Positions 55,036-63,906 of a stretch of DNA of 64,000 nt are shown piece after piece (the stretch's first letter is position 1; every line of letters starts with the position of its first letter). This DNA comes from a virus (taxonomy: Duplodnaviria; Heunggongvirae; Uroviricota; Caudoviricetes; Demerecviridae), in IMG/VR virus record IMGVR_UViG_2974499940_000001, positions 35,092 through 99,091 of that record, one strand, 5' to 3'. Position numbers and translations under genes: made by a program. A model generated the notes under the pieces. That model worked only from the letters and a program-made list of their open reading frames with translations, did not search any database and was not told where the DNA came from.

Positions 55036-55467
55036 ATGAACAAAGTTGATAAAGCTCTAGTTTTTGCAGCAGCAGATAAGTTTGAACAAGTTAAAGCTAC
55101 TTTCCGAACCCTGTTTCAGTCCTACGTTCAGGATAAGTCTAATCCTATCTCTGAACGATTGATGGTTTGGGAATGTCATGCTTGCAATGCCTTGCTAATT
55201 GCTGATTACCGCAGTGATATAGATAAAGATCTTTGTGAAATCCTTATCCCTGATGAAGCAGAACGTTATCAGCTAATCTCTTTCCAAGATTTGGCAGAGC
55301 ACATCATCCCTGATGATCTTTGGGACAAATATTACGGTGATCCTGAAGACGAAGGAATGGCTCCAGAAGCATGTATTGAGTTAATCTGTAAAGATTATCC
55401 TGAAATTGCGGAAAAATTTGAAAAAGTTTTTGCTTCTGAGTTCTCTGGTGTTGTTAACGATTGGTAA
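55036..55467 (+). CDS. hypothetical acidic protein (143 aa)
   Basis: After promoter 54977-55005. Confidence 0.5.
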   Translation: MNKVDKALVFAAADKFEQVKATFRTLFQSYVQDKSNPISERLMVWECHACNALLIADYRSDIDKDLCEILIPDEAERYQLISFQDLAEHIIPDDLWDKYYGDPEDEGMAPEACIELICKDYPEIAEKFEKVFASEFSGVVNDW

Positions 55468-55484
55468 GTAATTAAAAAATTCAG

Positions 55485-55513
55485 TTGCTTTAAGCCTTAA
55501 AATTCTGTATAAT
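55485..55513 (+). promoter_or_regulatory. promoter TTGCTT-17-TATAAT plus downstream ATAAATTAATGAGAGAGG
   Basis: Family member. Confidence 0.65.
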
Positions 55514-55527
55514 AAGTTCATAAATTA

Positions 55528-55797
55528 ATGAGAGAGGAAATTCTAATGGAAAACATGACTAAAAATGAAATGGCTAACGTTCTGGCAATTCTCCTCGACA
55601 TGCAAGGATTTGAGGGGCAACTGATGAAAATGTCTATTCCGGCGATGAAGAAGATGTACGATTCTCTTAACAAGAACGCTATGGCCTTTAACTTAGCAAA
55701 ACAAGAGGCACGCTTTGCTAAGGAGCATCAAGCAGTGGCAGAACGCCGAGCAGCTAGCTTTGAGCGTGAAGTCAAGCAATTAAAGAAAAAATGCTAA
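55528..55797 (+). CDS. hypothetical protein (89 aa)
   Basis: After promoter 55485-55513. Confidence 0.45.
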   Translation: MREEILMENMTKNEMANVLAILLDMQGFEGQLMKMSIPAMKKMYDSLNKNAMAFNLAKQEARFAKEHQAVAERRAASFEREVKQLKKKC

Positions 55798-56327
55798 CAC
55801 AAGAAAGATTAAAAGAGCTATTTGAATACCGCCCGGAAACGGGCGAGTTTATAAGGAAAGTTAGTAGAGGGCGAGGTAAAGCAGGTAGTATTGCCGGTAG
55901 TCCTGATAAGGATGGTTATATATTTATTGGGATAAGTAGAAAAAGATATGCAGCCCATAGATTAGCCTTTTTGTACATGGAGGGATATATTCCAAATCTA
56001 GTACACCACTTAAATAATATAAGAAACGATAATAGATGGTGTAATTTAAAAGATTGTACGTCCCAAGAGAATAATCGTAGCAAAATCGCTCAATCTAACT
56101 CGGGGTACTTAGGAGTTACCTGGAAAAAAGATCGACAACAATGGAGAGTCCAGGTCAGAAGCGCCGAAAGTATTACAGTACACGGAGGCTACTTTAGGTA
56201 TTTAGATTTAGAGTTGGCAGTTCAAAGAGCTAATGAACTACGTTTAGAACTACATGGGTCTAACGCTGTTATAGAAACTTTTGATCATACAAAACCCTTA
56301 CCTACTTTAGAGGAATTAAATAAATGA
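55791..56327 (+). CDS. HNH homing endonuclease with AP2 DNA-binding domain
   Basis: YAAHRLAFLYMEGYIPNLVHHLNNIRNDNRWCNL (HNH) and GYLGVTWKKDRQQWRVQV (AP2). Confidence 0.65.
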   Translation: MLTQERLKELFEYRPETGEFIRKVSRGRGKAGSIAGSPDKDGYIFIGISRKRYAAHRLAFLYMEGYIPNLVHHLNNIRNDNRWCNLKDCTSQENNRSKIAQSNSGYLGVTWKKDRQQWRVQVRSAESITVHGGYFRYLDLELAVQRANELRLELHGSNAVIETFDHTKPLPTLEELNK

Positions 56328-56605
56328 TTACAGAAATTCTTATTGGGTTACTGGTTCTTACTACGCTAGCAGCGATTGGTGGGGTTATTGGTATTGTAAG
56401 CATGCGAAAAAATATAGAGAGTATGCTTACTACTAATAGTGGACTTCACTGCCGCTTAATAGAACAAGAACAAGATATTGAACTAGCACAGAGACGCTCA
56501 GATATTCTAAAAGAAAAACTAAACAATATTGAAGCAATTGCTGGGAATACAAAACTACCTAATAAAGTAATGCGTGCTCAGATAATTACGGAGATTAAAA
56601 AATGA
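56324..56605 (+). CDS. hypothetical membrane-anchored protein (93 aa)
   Basis: ORF. Confidence 0.4.
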   Translation: MITEILIGLLVLTTLAAIGGVIGIVSMRKNIESMLTTNSGLHCRLIEQEQDIELAQRRSDILKEKLNNIEAIAGNTKLPNKVMRAQIITEIKK

Positions 56606-56847
56606 TGATGTTTATTCTAGCGTTTTATCTAATTGTGGTTGGTGTACTGGTTACTAAGTACCACACATGGACGCCAAAGAATGTTGTTAAGGTAGCTTTA
56701 TTTGTTATTCCAGTCCCACTTATTATCTTTTCTATGTTACTGGTGATGTTAATTGGTAAAGTAACAAAAACTGATATTAAACGTATTGCTGATGAATTGC
56801 AACAGTCTTGTGATATGGTAGAGGATATTATTAAAGATGAAGCTTAA
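56602..56847 (+). CDS. hypothetical membrane protein (81 aa)
   Basis: ORF. Confidence 0.4.
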   Translation: MMMFILAFYLIVVGVLVTKYHTWTPKNVVKVALFVIPVPLIIFSMLLVMLIGKVTKTDIKRIADELQQSCDMVEDIIKDEA

Positions 56848-57163
56848 TTTTAATGAATTAAATACCTTACATGAGATATTACAGTTTGTGAATAATAATA
56901 TTAGTATTCCAGATGATACATTAGAAGTTCTCAGGATAATTGAGAAAAAGGTAGGAATTGAGATTGAGGACTCTTGGAAACCACTTTCTGTATTAACACC
57001 TCTTAATATGAAAGTGATAGTTAAAAATATTGATACTGGTGAAGAGTGTGAAATGATTCGTAAAGAACTAGCTGATAGCTACTCACCAAAGTCTGTAGTA
57101 ATGTACCATGATGATACCGCTAAGACTCTACAGACAGCTAATTACGTATGGCGTCTCCCATGA
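56837..57163 (+). CDS. hypothetical protein (108 aa)
   Basis: ORF. Confidence 0.4.
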   Translation: MKLNFNELNTLHEILQFVNNNISIPDDTLEVLRIIEKKVGIEIEDSWKPLSVLTPLNMKVIVKNIDTGEECEMIRKELADSYSPKSVVMYHDDTAKTLQTANYVWRLP

Positions 57164-57262
57164 TTAATTTAGTACCAATTACTGCGGGGCTAATAGCACT
57201 ATTAGTGCTTGCAGTTTTTATTATTGTGGAGCAGGCCAAAGTAATAAGGAGACTTAAAAACA

Positions 57263-57463
57263 ATGGTAAAACGTCTTGTTTATCAGGCACCAAAGATTGT
57301 AACTGAGTATTTTGTATTACTGCCTCAGATTGTATTTCTAACAGCATTATTTAATATACTTTTTCGACATCTAGGAATAACGGAAAATATCTTCTACACT
57401 TCTGGGCTACTTCCTTTTATGTACGAAGGCATCATCGTGGCAATTAACGGAGTTCGTAAATGA
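57263..57463 (+). CDS. hypothetical membrane protein (66 aa)
   Basis: ORF. Confidence 0.35.
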   Translation: MVKRLVYQAPKIVTEYFVLLPQIVFLTALFNILFRHLGITENIFYTSGLLPFMYEGIIVAINGVRK

Positions 57464-57921
57464 CAGCACTACAACAACTACAGAATTACTGGTTTGATAA
57501 CCAATTTAACGATCTCTTCATCCAGTTGTTTGTCGAAACGAACGGACGCTTCAACTACCGATTCTTTAATAAGTTTCACGAAACAAAATTCTCGCATACA
57601 GAAATTAATGCAGCAATCCAAGACCTAACTGGTTCTAAAGTAATTCCGTATCGTGAAGTAGACTTCACACCAGATTGTTTTGGGTTTGAATTGTTTAAGA
57701 AAGCGTATAAATTTGGTAAGTTTGAGGATGCTCGTCAATGGGTTCATGATTTCTGGTACAACACTGATATTGTTCCTAGTCGCGTGCTGATTCTTAACTG
57801 GATTGCTAAGCAACATCCACCTAAAGCTCAATCATCCTTCTTACCAACTGACACAGGAAACCTCTACCATGACAGAAAAGAAAAATCCATTATTGGAGCA
57901 GATGAAGGAGTGGGAGAGTAA
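57460..57921 (+). CDS. hypothetical protein (153 aa)
   Basis: ORF. Confidence 0.45.
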   Translation: MTALQQLQNYWFDNQFNDLFIQLFVETNGRFNYRFFNKFHETKFSHTEINAAIQDLTGSKVIPYREVDFTPDCFGFELFKKAYKFGKFEDARQWVHDFWYNTDIVPSRVLILNWIAKQHPPKAQSSFLPTDTGNLYHDRKEKSIIGADEGVGE

Positions 57922-58240
57922 TATTGAATCTGGTCTAGTAGACGGAGAAGATATTGTTAACTCCATGCTAGAAGTAACAGTAGATAATATTAATCCTATT
58001 TTGGCTGGAGAAACCTCAGATCTTATAGGACTCTCTAGCACATTTGATTCTTTGGCTAAATTAGCTTTAGACGATGAAGAGATAACCAAAGAAGATCTCG
58101 CTACAGCTATGAATATGGCTATTAATGCTTACATCGGTAAACGTACTGATGAACTTGGTAAACAGATCAATAAGCGTGATACTACGCTAGGTCTTATGGA
58201 AACGGCCACTATGTTAAGAAGTGGTAAACAACTTCATTAA
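57803..58240 (+). CDS. hypothetical protein (start uncertain, possibly internal MTEKKNPLL)
   Basis: ORF; terminator follows at 58247-58285. Confidence 0.4.
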   Translation: MLSNIHLKLNHPSYQLTQETSTMTEKKNPLLEQMKEWESNIESGLVDGEDIVNSMLEVTVDNINPILAGETSDLIGLSSTFDSLAKLALDDEEITKEDLATAMNMAINAYIGKRTDELGKQINKRDTTLGLMETATMLRSGKQLH

Positions 58241-58246
58241 TTTTAG

Positions 58247-58285
58247 GAGGCCAGGACTTAATTGTTCTGGCCTTTTGTGTTTTCA
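58247..58285 (+). terminator. intrinsic terminator
   Basis: GGCCAGGA...TCTGGCC plus TTTTGTGTTTT. Confidence 0.6.
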
Positions 58286-58296
58286 AGGAACTTCAA

Positions 58297-58500
58297 ATGC
58301 AAGTATATGTCCTTACTAGAGATATAAATGAGTATAATCAGGATGGCGAGTATTTTGTAAAAGTATTCGCTGAAAAGCCAAGTAAACAACAATTATTGAA
58401 TGCTGGAGTACCGGAAGACCAGGCTAAGTGTATACTACAAGATAAAGAGTTTACTGGAGATGCTTACGAATGCTTCTACCTTAGTTGTGAGAATATCTAA
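58297..58500 (+). CDS. hypothetical protein (67 aa)
   Basis: ORF. Confidence 0.4.
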   Translation: MQVYVLTRDINEYNQDGEYFVKVFAEKPSKQQLLNAGVPEDQAKCILQDKEFTGDAYECFYLSCENI

Positions 58501-58501
58501 T

Positions 58502-58948
58502 ATGAGAGAGAAAGTAAATGAATTATTAATCGAGGAAGCTAACAACTTTCCAATAAATAGGTTCATCAAATCGGATGGATCTATTAATAGAACTAAAATT
58601 AAGCAGCTACATCCCGACTTCCAACAAGAAGCACTAAACCTTATATTTATCAAGAAAGCTGTTGCAGCTCATGGAGCTTTCTTCGGGTATGAGCGTGTAA
58701 ATTATAAGACAATGCAACAGCAAGTTGAGATCTATTGTCCAGATCACGATGGTTATTACTGGCAAACTGCTAGATCTCATTTAGAAGGTCATGGATGTCG
58801 ACTGTGCGCACACAAGGTTGTGCAGCGTGTCACGGATTATGGAACTTATACCGTACCAGCATGTTACCATAAATTTATAATTGACGATAATCATATAATT
58901 TGGTATAATAAGTTTTCAAAGTTAAGAATGGAGATAAATAGTGAGTAG
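58502..58948 (+). CDS. hypothetical zinc-finger protein (~148 aa)
   Basis: Start MREKVNELL; CPDHDGYYW...HLEGHGCRLCAHK. Confidence 0.4.
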   Translation: MREKVNELLIEEANNFPINRFIKSDGSINRTKIKQLHPDFQQEALNLIFIKKAVAAHGAFFGYERVNYKTMQQQVEIYCPDHDGYYWQTARSHLEGHGCRLCAHKVVQRVTDYGTYTVPACYHKFIIDDNHIIWYNKFSKLRMEINSE

Positions 58949-59231
58949 CTATATTGTATGGTCAAACCCACTAGCAGCACTTAGTAATAAACTATTTAAA
59001 ACAATGTGGGGATATAATGAAATAGACTTAGGTAGTCGCCCAATACCAAACAAACATCCCTTAGTTCCAGAGCTGTATAGGGTAGTAATAAATGACACAG
59101 AGTATTTGGTTGATAAATTTGACAGAAAACGTTTACTAGAGGGTATCTACGATAATTCTATATCGATAAATGAATTAGTAGAACATGCCCAAATATACGA
59201 TAAGAGCTGGATGTTAATATGGAGATCATAG
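58941..59231 (+). CDS. hypothetical protein (96 aa)
   Basis: ORF. Confidence 0.4.
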   Translation: MSSYIVWSNPLAALSNKLFKTMWGYNEIDLGSRPIPNKHPLVPELYRVVINDTEYLVDKFDRKRLLEGIYDNSISINELVEHAQIYDKSWMLIWRS

Positions 59232-59452
59232 TAATTATTTTAGCAGTTATGTTATTTATTGTAACATTAGTATCATTTGCTATTATGCGCAGAGCTAAAG
59301 AACTAGCGGAAGATCTAACAAAATTACGCGGTGAGTTAGCTGCCCTTAAATTACAGCGTGAGGCTTTAAAGTTGTTTGTGGTTCAGGGTAGCGTAGAACA
59401 TACAGCAGAAGACTTCATCGCTTATCTCAAACGTTACATGGGAATTAAATAA
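59219..59452 (+). CDS. hypothetical membrane protein (77 aa)
   Basis: ORF. Confidence 0.4.
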   Translation: MEIIVIILAVMLFIVTLVSFAIMRRAKELAEDLTKLRGELAALKLQREALKLFVVQGSVEHTAEDFIAYLKRYMGIK

Positions 59453-59637
59453 TGGAAACTCTTTTTCTTTTAATGCTCGTAGGTTCCTTGCTAGTTATAT
59501 TAGCACTTCTACTGATCTGCAATATTCTTAATAATAAGAATCTAGAGCTAAAGTGTGAAAACCAAATCCTTAATCGTGAACTTGAGCAATATAACCTAGC
59601 AGCCCATAAACTGTTAGACAAACTGGAGAATAAATAA
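59452..59637 (+). CDS. hypothetical membrane protein (61 aa)
   Basis: ORF. Confidence 0.35.
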   Translation: METLFLLMLVGSLLVILALLLICNILNNKNLELKCENQILNRELEQYNLAAHKLLDKLENK

Positions 59638-60239
59638 TGTTTACACAACAACCTATTCAAGTAGTACCAGACCATGAACTGAACACATGGGATTATAGCT
59701 TTAAAGATTTAACTGCTACTGTACAATTCAAATCTATGAAGCTAACATTTGCACACACTGACCTTAGAGCATGTAAAGATCTTGAAGGTAAGCTCGAGGA
59801 CGCTCGTAAGATTTTTGGTACGGCTCGCATCCCGGCGGATAACCTGATTAATGCACTGATCGATGCAGGGTACAAACTTGTGAAGACTGAGGTGAACCGC
59901 CCTAGTACCACTGTTAGTGATCCATGGTCAAAAAGTGGTATTGCACTGTTAAATAATAATCCTAAAATAACGTCGGATTTGCACAATGTTCCATGCGGTG
60001 GTGTTATAAAAAATAATTCCTCATATCGAATTGGTGAAGATTATGGACCTTCTGCACAGTTGAAACATACTCAAGAAGCTTTTGAATCTGACATGAAAAG
60101 CGTAGCACCTGGGGACTCTGGAGTTTCTAGGGGTTCTGTTTGTACTATTCATTTTAATAATCCCAGTAAGCATGGAAGTATAGAAGACACAATTATGGAG
60201 GCGTTGGGAGCTGCTCTTAATGAGAGTAAAAAGGATTAA
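59637..60239 (+). CDS. hypothetical protein (200 aa)
   Basis: ORF. Confidence 0.45.
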   Translation: MFTQQPIQVVPDHELNTWDYSFKDLTATVQFKSMKLTFAHTDLRACKDLEGKLEDARKIFGTARIPADNLINALIDAGYKLVKTEVNRPSTTVSDPWSKSGIALLNNNPKITSDLHNVPCGGVIKNNSSYRIGEDYGPSAQLKHTQEAFESDMKSVAPGDSGVSRGSVCTIHFNNPSKHGSIEDTIMEALGAALNESKKD

Positions 60240-60319
60240 TAATTCCTAATACACGAGCCTCTACGGAGGCTCTAAAATAAAAAGAGGGTCATCCAGACCT
60301 TAAAAAATGGGAGATAATA

Positions 60320-61204
60320 ATGTATAACTTTAAAGATAAACTAAGACAAAATGCTGGCAAAGGAAAGGCAAAGGAGAATAATAGTGTTCCTAATGCTAAA
60401 GTACTTCCGTTTCCTGAACTATCTCAAGAAGAAAAAGATAAACTAGCATTTATGTTCGATGCACTTATAGGATTAAGTGGACGACTGTACTCCACCCTTA
60501 GTCTTAATGAGAAACGTCTAGTAGAGATGTTCTGTAAGCGTTATCAAGTTACTTCAAAGGGCAATTCTTATAAAGAAGGTGAAAAAGCATTCACAGTCTT
60601 AAAAATCAGCGCATATGCACATCGTTTCTTAGTTTATGGATTACAGATGGAATACTTCACCATTCCACCATTTAAGTCATTTCACATTTTTGAAGATGAA
60701 CGAATGAATATTGATGATCTCTATGGAGATACGTACAAATATTCAGGAAGTCCATTCCATGATGCATTAAGAAGCTATCCTACTAGTTATCTACCAGTTA
60801 GGGCATCACAAGGTAAAGCTAGCATCTTTGCTGTGTACTCAGGATCTAAAGCATCTGATCTAGAAACTTATATATTTAAAGAGCGTAAATCTGTACTTCC
60901 AGATGAAGCATTATATAATAATCCATTGCTTCCAGAAAAAGAACCAGAGAAAATTGATGTAACCCCACCAACCCCATCTGGTTCTCCTTATCTGAAGTTT
61001 GAAAACCATGTTGGATGGGTTCTAGAAATGGGTGTAGCTTCACCGCTTGCTGCAGCATTCATCAATAGGTATCTAGAAATTCCTGATGAGTTCCACACAC
61101 GTTATAATACGAATATTCAGATTACAGATGAATTAATAGCCATTGCAAAAGGTACACCTACAGATACTGAGGCGTATCAAAAAGCATACCAAGAATTACT
61201 ATAA
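60320..61204 (+). CDS. hypothetical protein (294 aa); last gene before the repeat region
   Basis: ORF with GGGAGA RBS, followed by an 8-bp-stem hairpin at 61215-61245. Confidence 0.5.
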   Translation: MYNFKDKLRQNAGKGKAKENNSVPNAKVLPFPELSQEEKDKLAFMFDALIGLSGRLYSTLSLNEKRLVEMFCKRYQVTSKGNSYKEGEKAFTVLKISAYAHRFLVYGLQMEYFTIPPFKSFHIFEDERMNIDDLYGDTYKYSGSPFHDALRSYPTSYLPVRASQGKASIFAVYSGSKASDLETYIFKERKSVLPDEALYNNPLLPEKEPEKIDVTPPTPSGSPYLKFENHVGWVLEMGVASPLAAAFINRYLEIPDEFHTRYNTNIQITDELIAIAKGTPTDTEAYQKAYQELL

Positions 61205-61648
61205 TACTCTGCATGTCTCGGTGCACAATACCTGTACCGAGACAATAATACAAACTCTCGTTGACAGATAGCTAAATGTATGTTATCATAACTCTATGAG
61301 TTAATAGAATTAACCATTTAGAGTTGCCACACAGAAGGTGTGGTGGTTCAGTAATTTAAAATTACTAACTTGTAGCGGAGGATACGGAGCGACAGGACAA
61401 GTTAATAAGTAATTTAATATAAATTGCTAGAAACATCACGAGACCTTCTGGCGGGGGCAAAGCTCTATATGAGAACCCTGGGGGATCTTATATTTAAAAT
61501 AAAAGTAAAACTTTTGACCATATAATTTACATTCAAGATGATACACCTGTTGCCGCTCATCTGCTAGGATGGCACAACACTTTCTTCTAGACTCCTAAGT
61601 TTCTAGGAATAGTTGAGCACTAACTCTAGAGTTTACATTAAAATATTC

Positions 61649-62387
61649 ATCGGATTTGCACATATTCTAGGGCAGTTTTCATTGTTCCTAGAAACTCTAG
61701 CAATAGGCGGTTAATATAGGGCGGTTATAGGGAGGGCGGTTATTTCTAGAAGACATTTTTTGAAAACACATTTCCAGAAATTACTGTCGGATTTGCACAC
61801 TGCATTTCTAGAAATTTATGGTCGGATTTGCACAAACGCCTAAGTTTTTAGGAACTCTTACTCTCCTGAAAATAGCAGCATTATTTCGGGCCGAAGGCCC
61901 ATGATTGCCTGAGTTTTTAGATCCACAGGAATTTTCACTTGTCAAGCTATTTTGCCCCATTTAGCAAATAAAATTTTACTTTATCTCCTCTAACCTCAAA
62001 TTAACCCAAATCTTCTCAACTCTTCCCCAAAATCCCCGCAAATCAGGTGCTCCGCACCAAACATGCGCCCCATCCTTCTAGCCCCTCAAGTTTCTCTCGC
62101 TCTCTCAACTTCTCCCCAAACCCACACAATCATACACTCTCTAATCGAAGTCACAAAAATCTTGTCGGATTCGCACATCTTAATCCTAGAAAAACCATGT
62201 CGGATTTGCACATACCCCACAGGATTCGAACGCAGTTCGAGATTGCTGGAGTTTTTGGGAAAATTCATCGTCGGATTTGCACACTATAAAAATTTTTCGG
62301 GTCGGATTTGCACACTACCAAAAATTGTCGGATTCGCACATACACGCCCACGCGTAACACCCGTGGAGCAATGTCGGATTTGCACAA
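61649..62387 (+). repeat. about 9 dispersed direct copies of the 14-15 bp motif (T/G)GTCGGAT(T/C)(T/C)GCACA (iteron-like)
   Basis: Copies near 61649, 61783, 61816, 62163, 62198, 62270, 62301, 62327 and 62373, all in the same orientation and ORF-free. Confidence 0.7.
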
Positions 62388-62412
62388 AAGCGCAGGGCAA
62401 TTGCCCTGCGCT

Positions 62413-62640
62413 AAATGAGAATAAAAATAAGAATCATTCTCATTTAAAAAGCGGAATGAGAATGATAATAATTCGCATTTAGAAAGTTAAATGAGAATCA
62501 ATCTCATTTAAGAAAGGGAATGAGAACTATTCAAGAAGTGAAATGATTCTCATTTAAAAAGTGGAATGATTCTCATTTAAAAAGTGGAATGATTCTCGGT
62601 TAGATAGTGGAATGCGAATGATAATGATTCGCATTTAAAA
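62413..62640. repeat. array of about 7 imperfect palindromes AATGAGAAT(N0-4)ATTCTCATT, each followed by AAAAAG(T/C)GGAATGA
   Basis: Tandem ~23-35-bp units; one extra isolated copy at 62974-62994. Confidence 0.7.
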
Positions 62641-62668
62641 ACGGAAGTGAGAAACACTGTTATTTAAG

Positions 62669-62677
62669 TTATCCACA
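62669..62677 (+). promoter_or_regulatory. DnaA box (TTATCCACA)
   Basis: Exact 9-mer consensus; a variant TTATCAACA lies 4 nt downstream. Confidence 0.5.
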
Positions 62678-62739
62678 GACTTATCAACAGCACGATTTGC
62701 CTTGACAGAATCCTAGCCATTTTGAAGCGTTATCCACAG

Positions 62740-62748
62740 ACTTATCCC
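62740..62748 (+). promoter_or_regulatory. DnaA box (TTATCCACA), second exact copy in the same orientation
   Basis: Exact 9-mer; a variant TTATCCCCA lies 4 nt downstream. Confidence 0.5.
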
Positions 62749-62758
62749 CAGGTTATTC

Positions 62759-62778
62759 TACTGTATATTTATACAGTA
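62759..62778. promoter_or_regulatory. LexA (SOS) box-like palindrome TACTGTATATTTATACAGTA
   Basis: Matches the CTGT-N8-ACAG LexA consensus. Confidence 0.45.
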
Positions 62779-63145
62779 TTCCTACGCAGTGGATAATTCT
62801 AGTATAGGCCTAAAACGCCCTGAATCGCATTCTAACGCGTTTTATTTTGATAGGGATACTAAAACAAGGGCAAAATTGGAGGAGGCTTGAAAATTAGTTA
62901 GCCCGCTAACGATCACACAAGGCGACACGTAACACCCTAATCATTAGCAGGCTAACCATCGCGGGCGCGGTCAAATGAGAATGATTCTCATTTGAAAATT
63001 GGGGGGCACTCCCTGATAGTTGCGCCCCGTTATTATTATAGTAGTGGGCAACCGTTACGCTTTGCCCACTCCCGCCACTCATCTTGTTGTCTAGACTTGC
63101 GACGGCGTACTAAAAACCGCTTATACCAGTGATTAAACCATCGTT

Positions 63146-63349
63146 TCATAAATCCCCCTCGGGTAGTCGATGCGTGATCTTTTCCTCTTCCCCGTAGGAA
63201 TCCACCAAATACTGATAATAACCATCGTGATCATAAATCACTTTATCATATTCGCCCAGCTCGACCGCTCGCCGGTTTTCCGGCGTATCGGGCACGTAAA
63301 AAACATCAACCATTGTGGTAGTTTTGGTCACAATAATTTTATTGCTCAT
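63146..63349 (-). CDS. hypothetical protein (67 aa) in the GC-richer terminal segment
   Basis: ORF with GGGAG RBS. Confidence 0.35.
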   Translation of the reverse strand: MSNKIIVTKTTTMVDVFYVPDTPENRRAVELGEYDKVIYDHDGYYQYLVDSYGEEEKITHRLPEGDL

Positions 63350-63522
63350 AATAACTCCCGTTATTAATTATTTGCGTAAATATACGCTTGCCAATAGTCC
63401 AGCTAGAAAGCCCGCCGATACACCAAATGAAGCCACACCGGGAACACTAGCACCATGAGCATATAAAGCCCAGCAAATTACATAAGGCAACAACGGAAAC
63501 ATGCCAGCTATTAAAAACTTTT

Positions 63523-63906
63523 TCATTGCGCCACCTTTCGAAACGCTGTTTCAATACTATCCGCAGTTGACTGAATATACGCGCCTTTCATGATCAGGCG
63601 CTCGGTACATACCTTGCGGAAAATATTAATAAAATCATCTTCATTTTCTGCAATTAATGCCTCACCCATGACCTGAATATCACACGATGCGAAGGTCAAA
63701 AATTGAAACGCTAGTTCACGGGCAACGACCGCATTAATCTTATAATGCGCTTTACCCTCATAAATATTTATGACGCCCTTATATTCAGGTGAAAGCTGAT
63801 TTAAGTAATTTGCTAGCAATGCAGGACGGCAATTAGCAACAAAACGGTTGCCCTCATAAATAACCATTTTATAACACCCCACGAAACGCAGCGTAAAAGG
63901 TGGCAA
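63523..63906 (-). CDS. hypothetical protein (127 aa; possibly a pre-early/FST-type gene)
   Basis: ORF in the GC-richer segment beyond the repeat region. Confidence 0.4.
   Translation of the reverse strand: MPPFTLRFVGCYKMVIYEGNRFVANCRPALLANYLNQLSPEYKGVINIYEGKAHYKINAVVARELAFQFLTFASCDIQVMGEALIAENEDDFINIFRKVCTERLIMKGAYIQSTADSIETAFRKVAQ

Noticed and set aside
61649-62640. Possible CRISPR array, suggested by the many short repeated units
   Set aside because: The repeats are irregularly spaced and partly palindromic with no uniform spacer length and no cas genes. They look like iteron/operator repeats instead.
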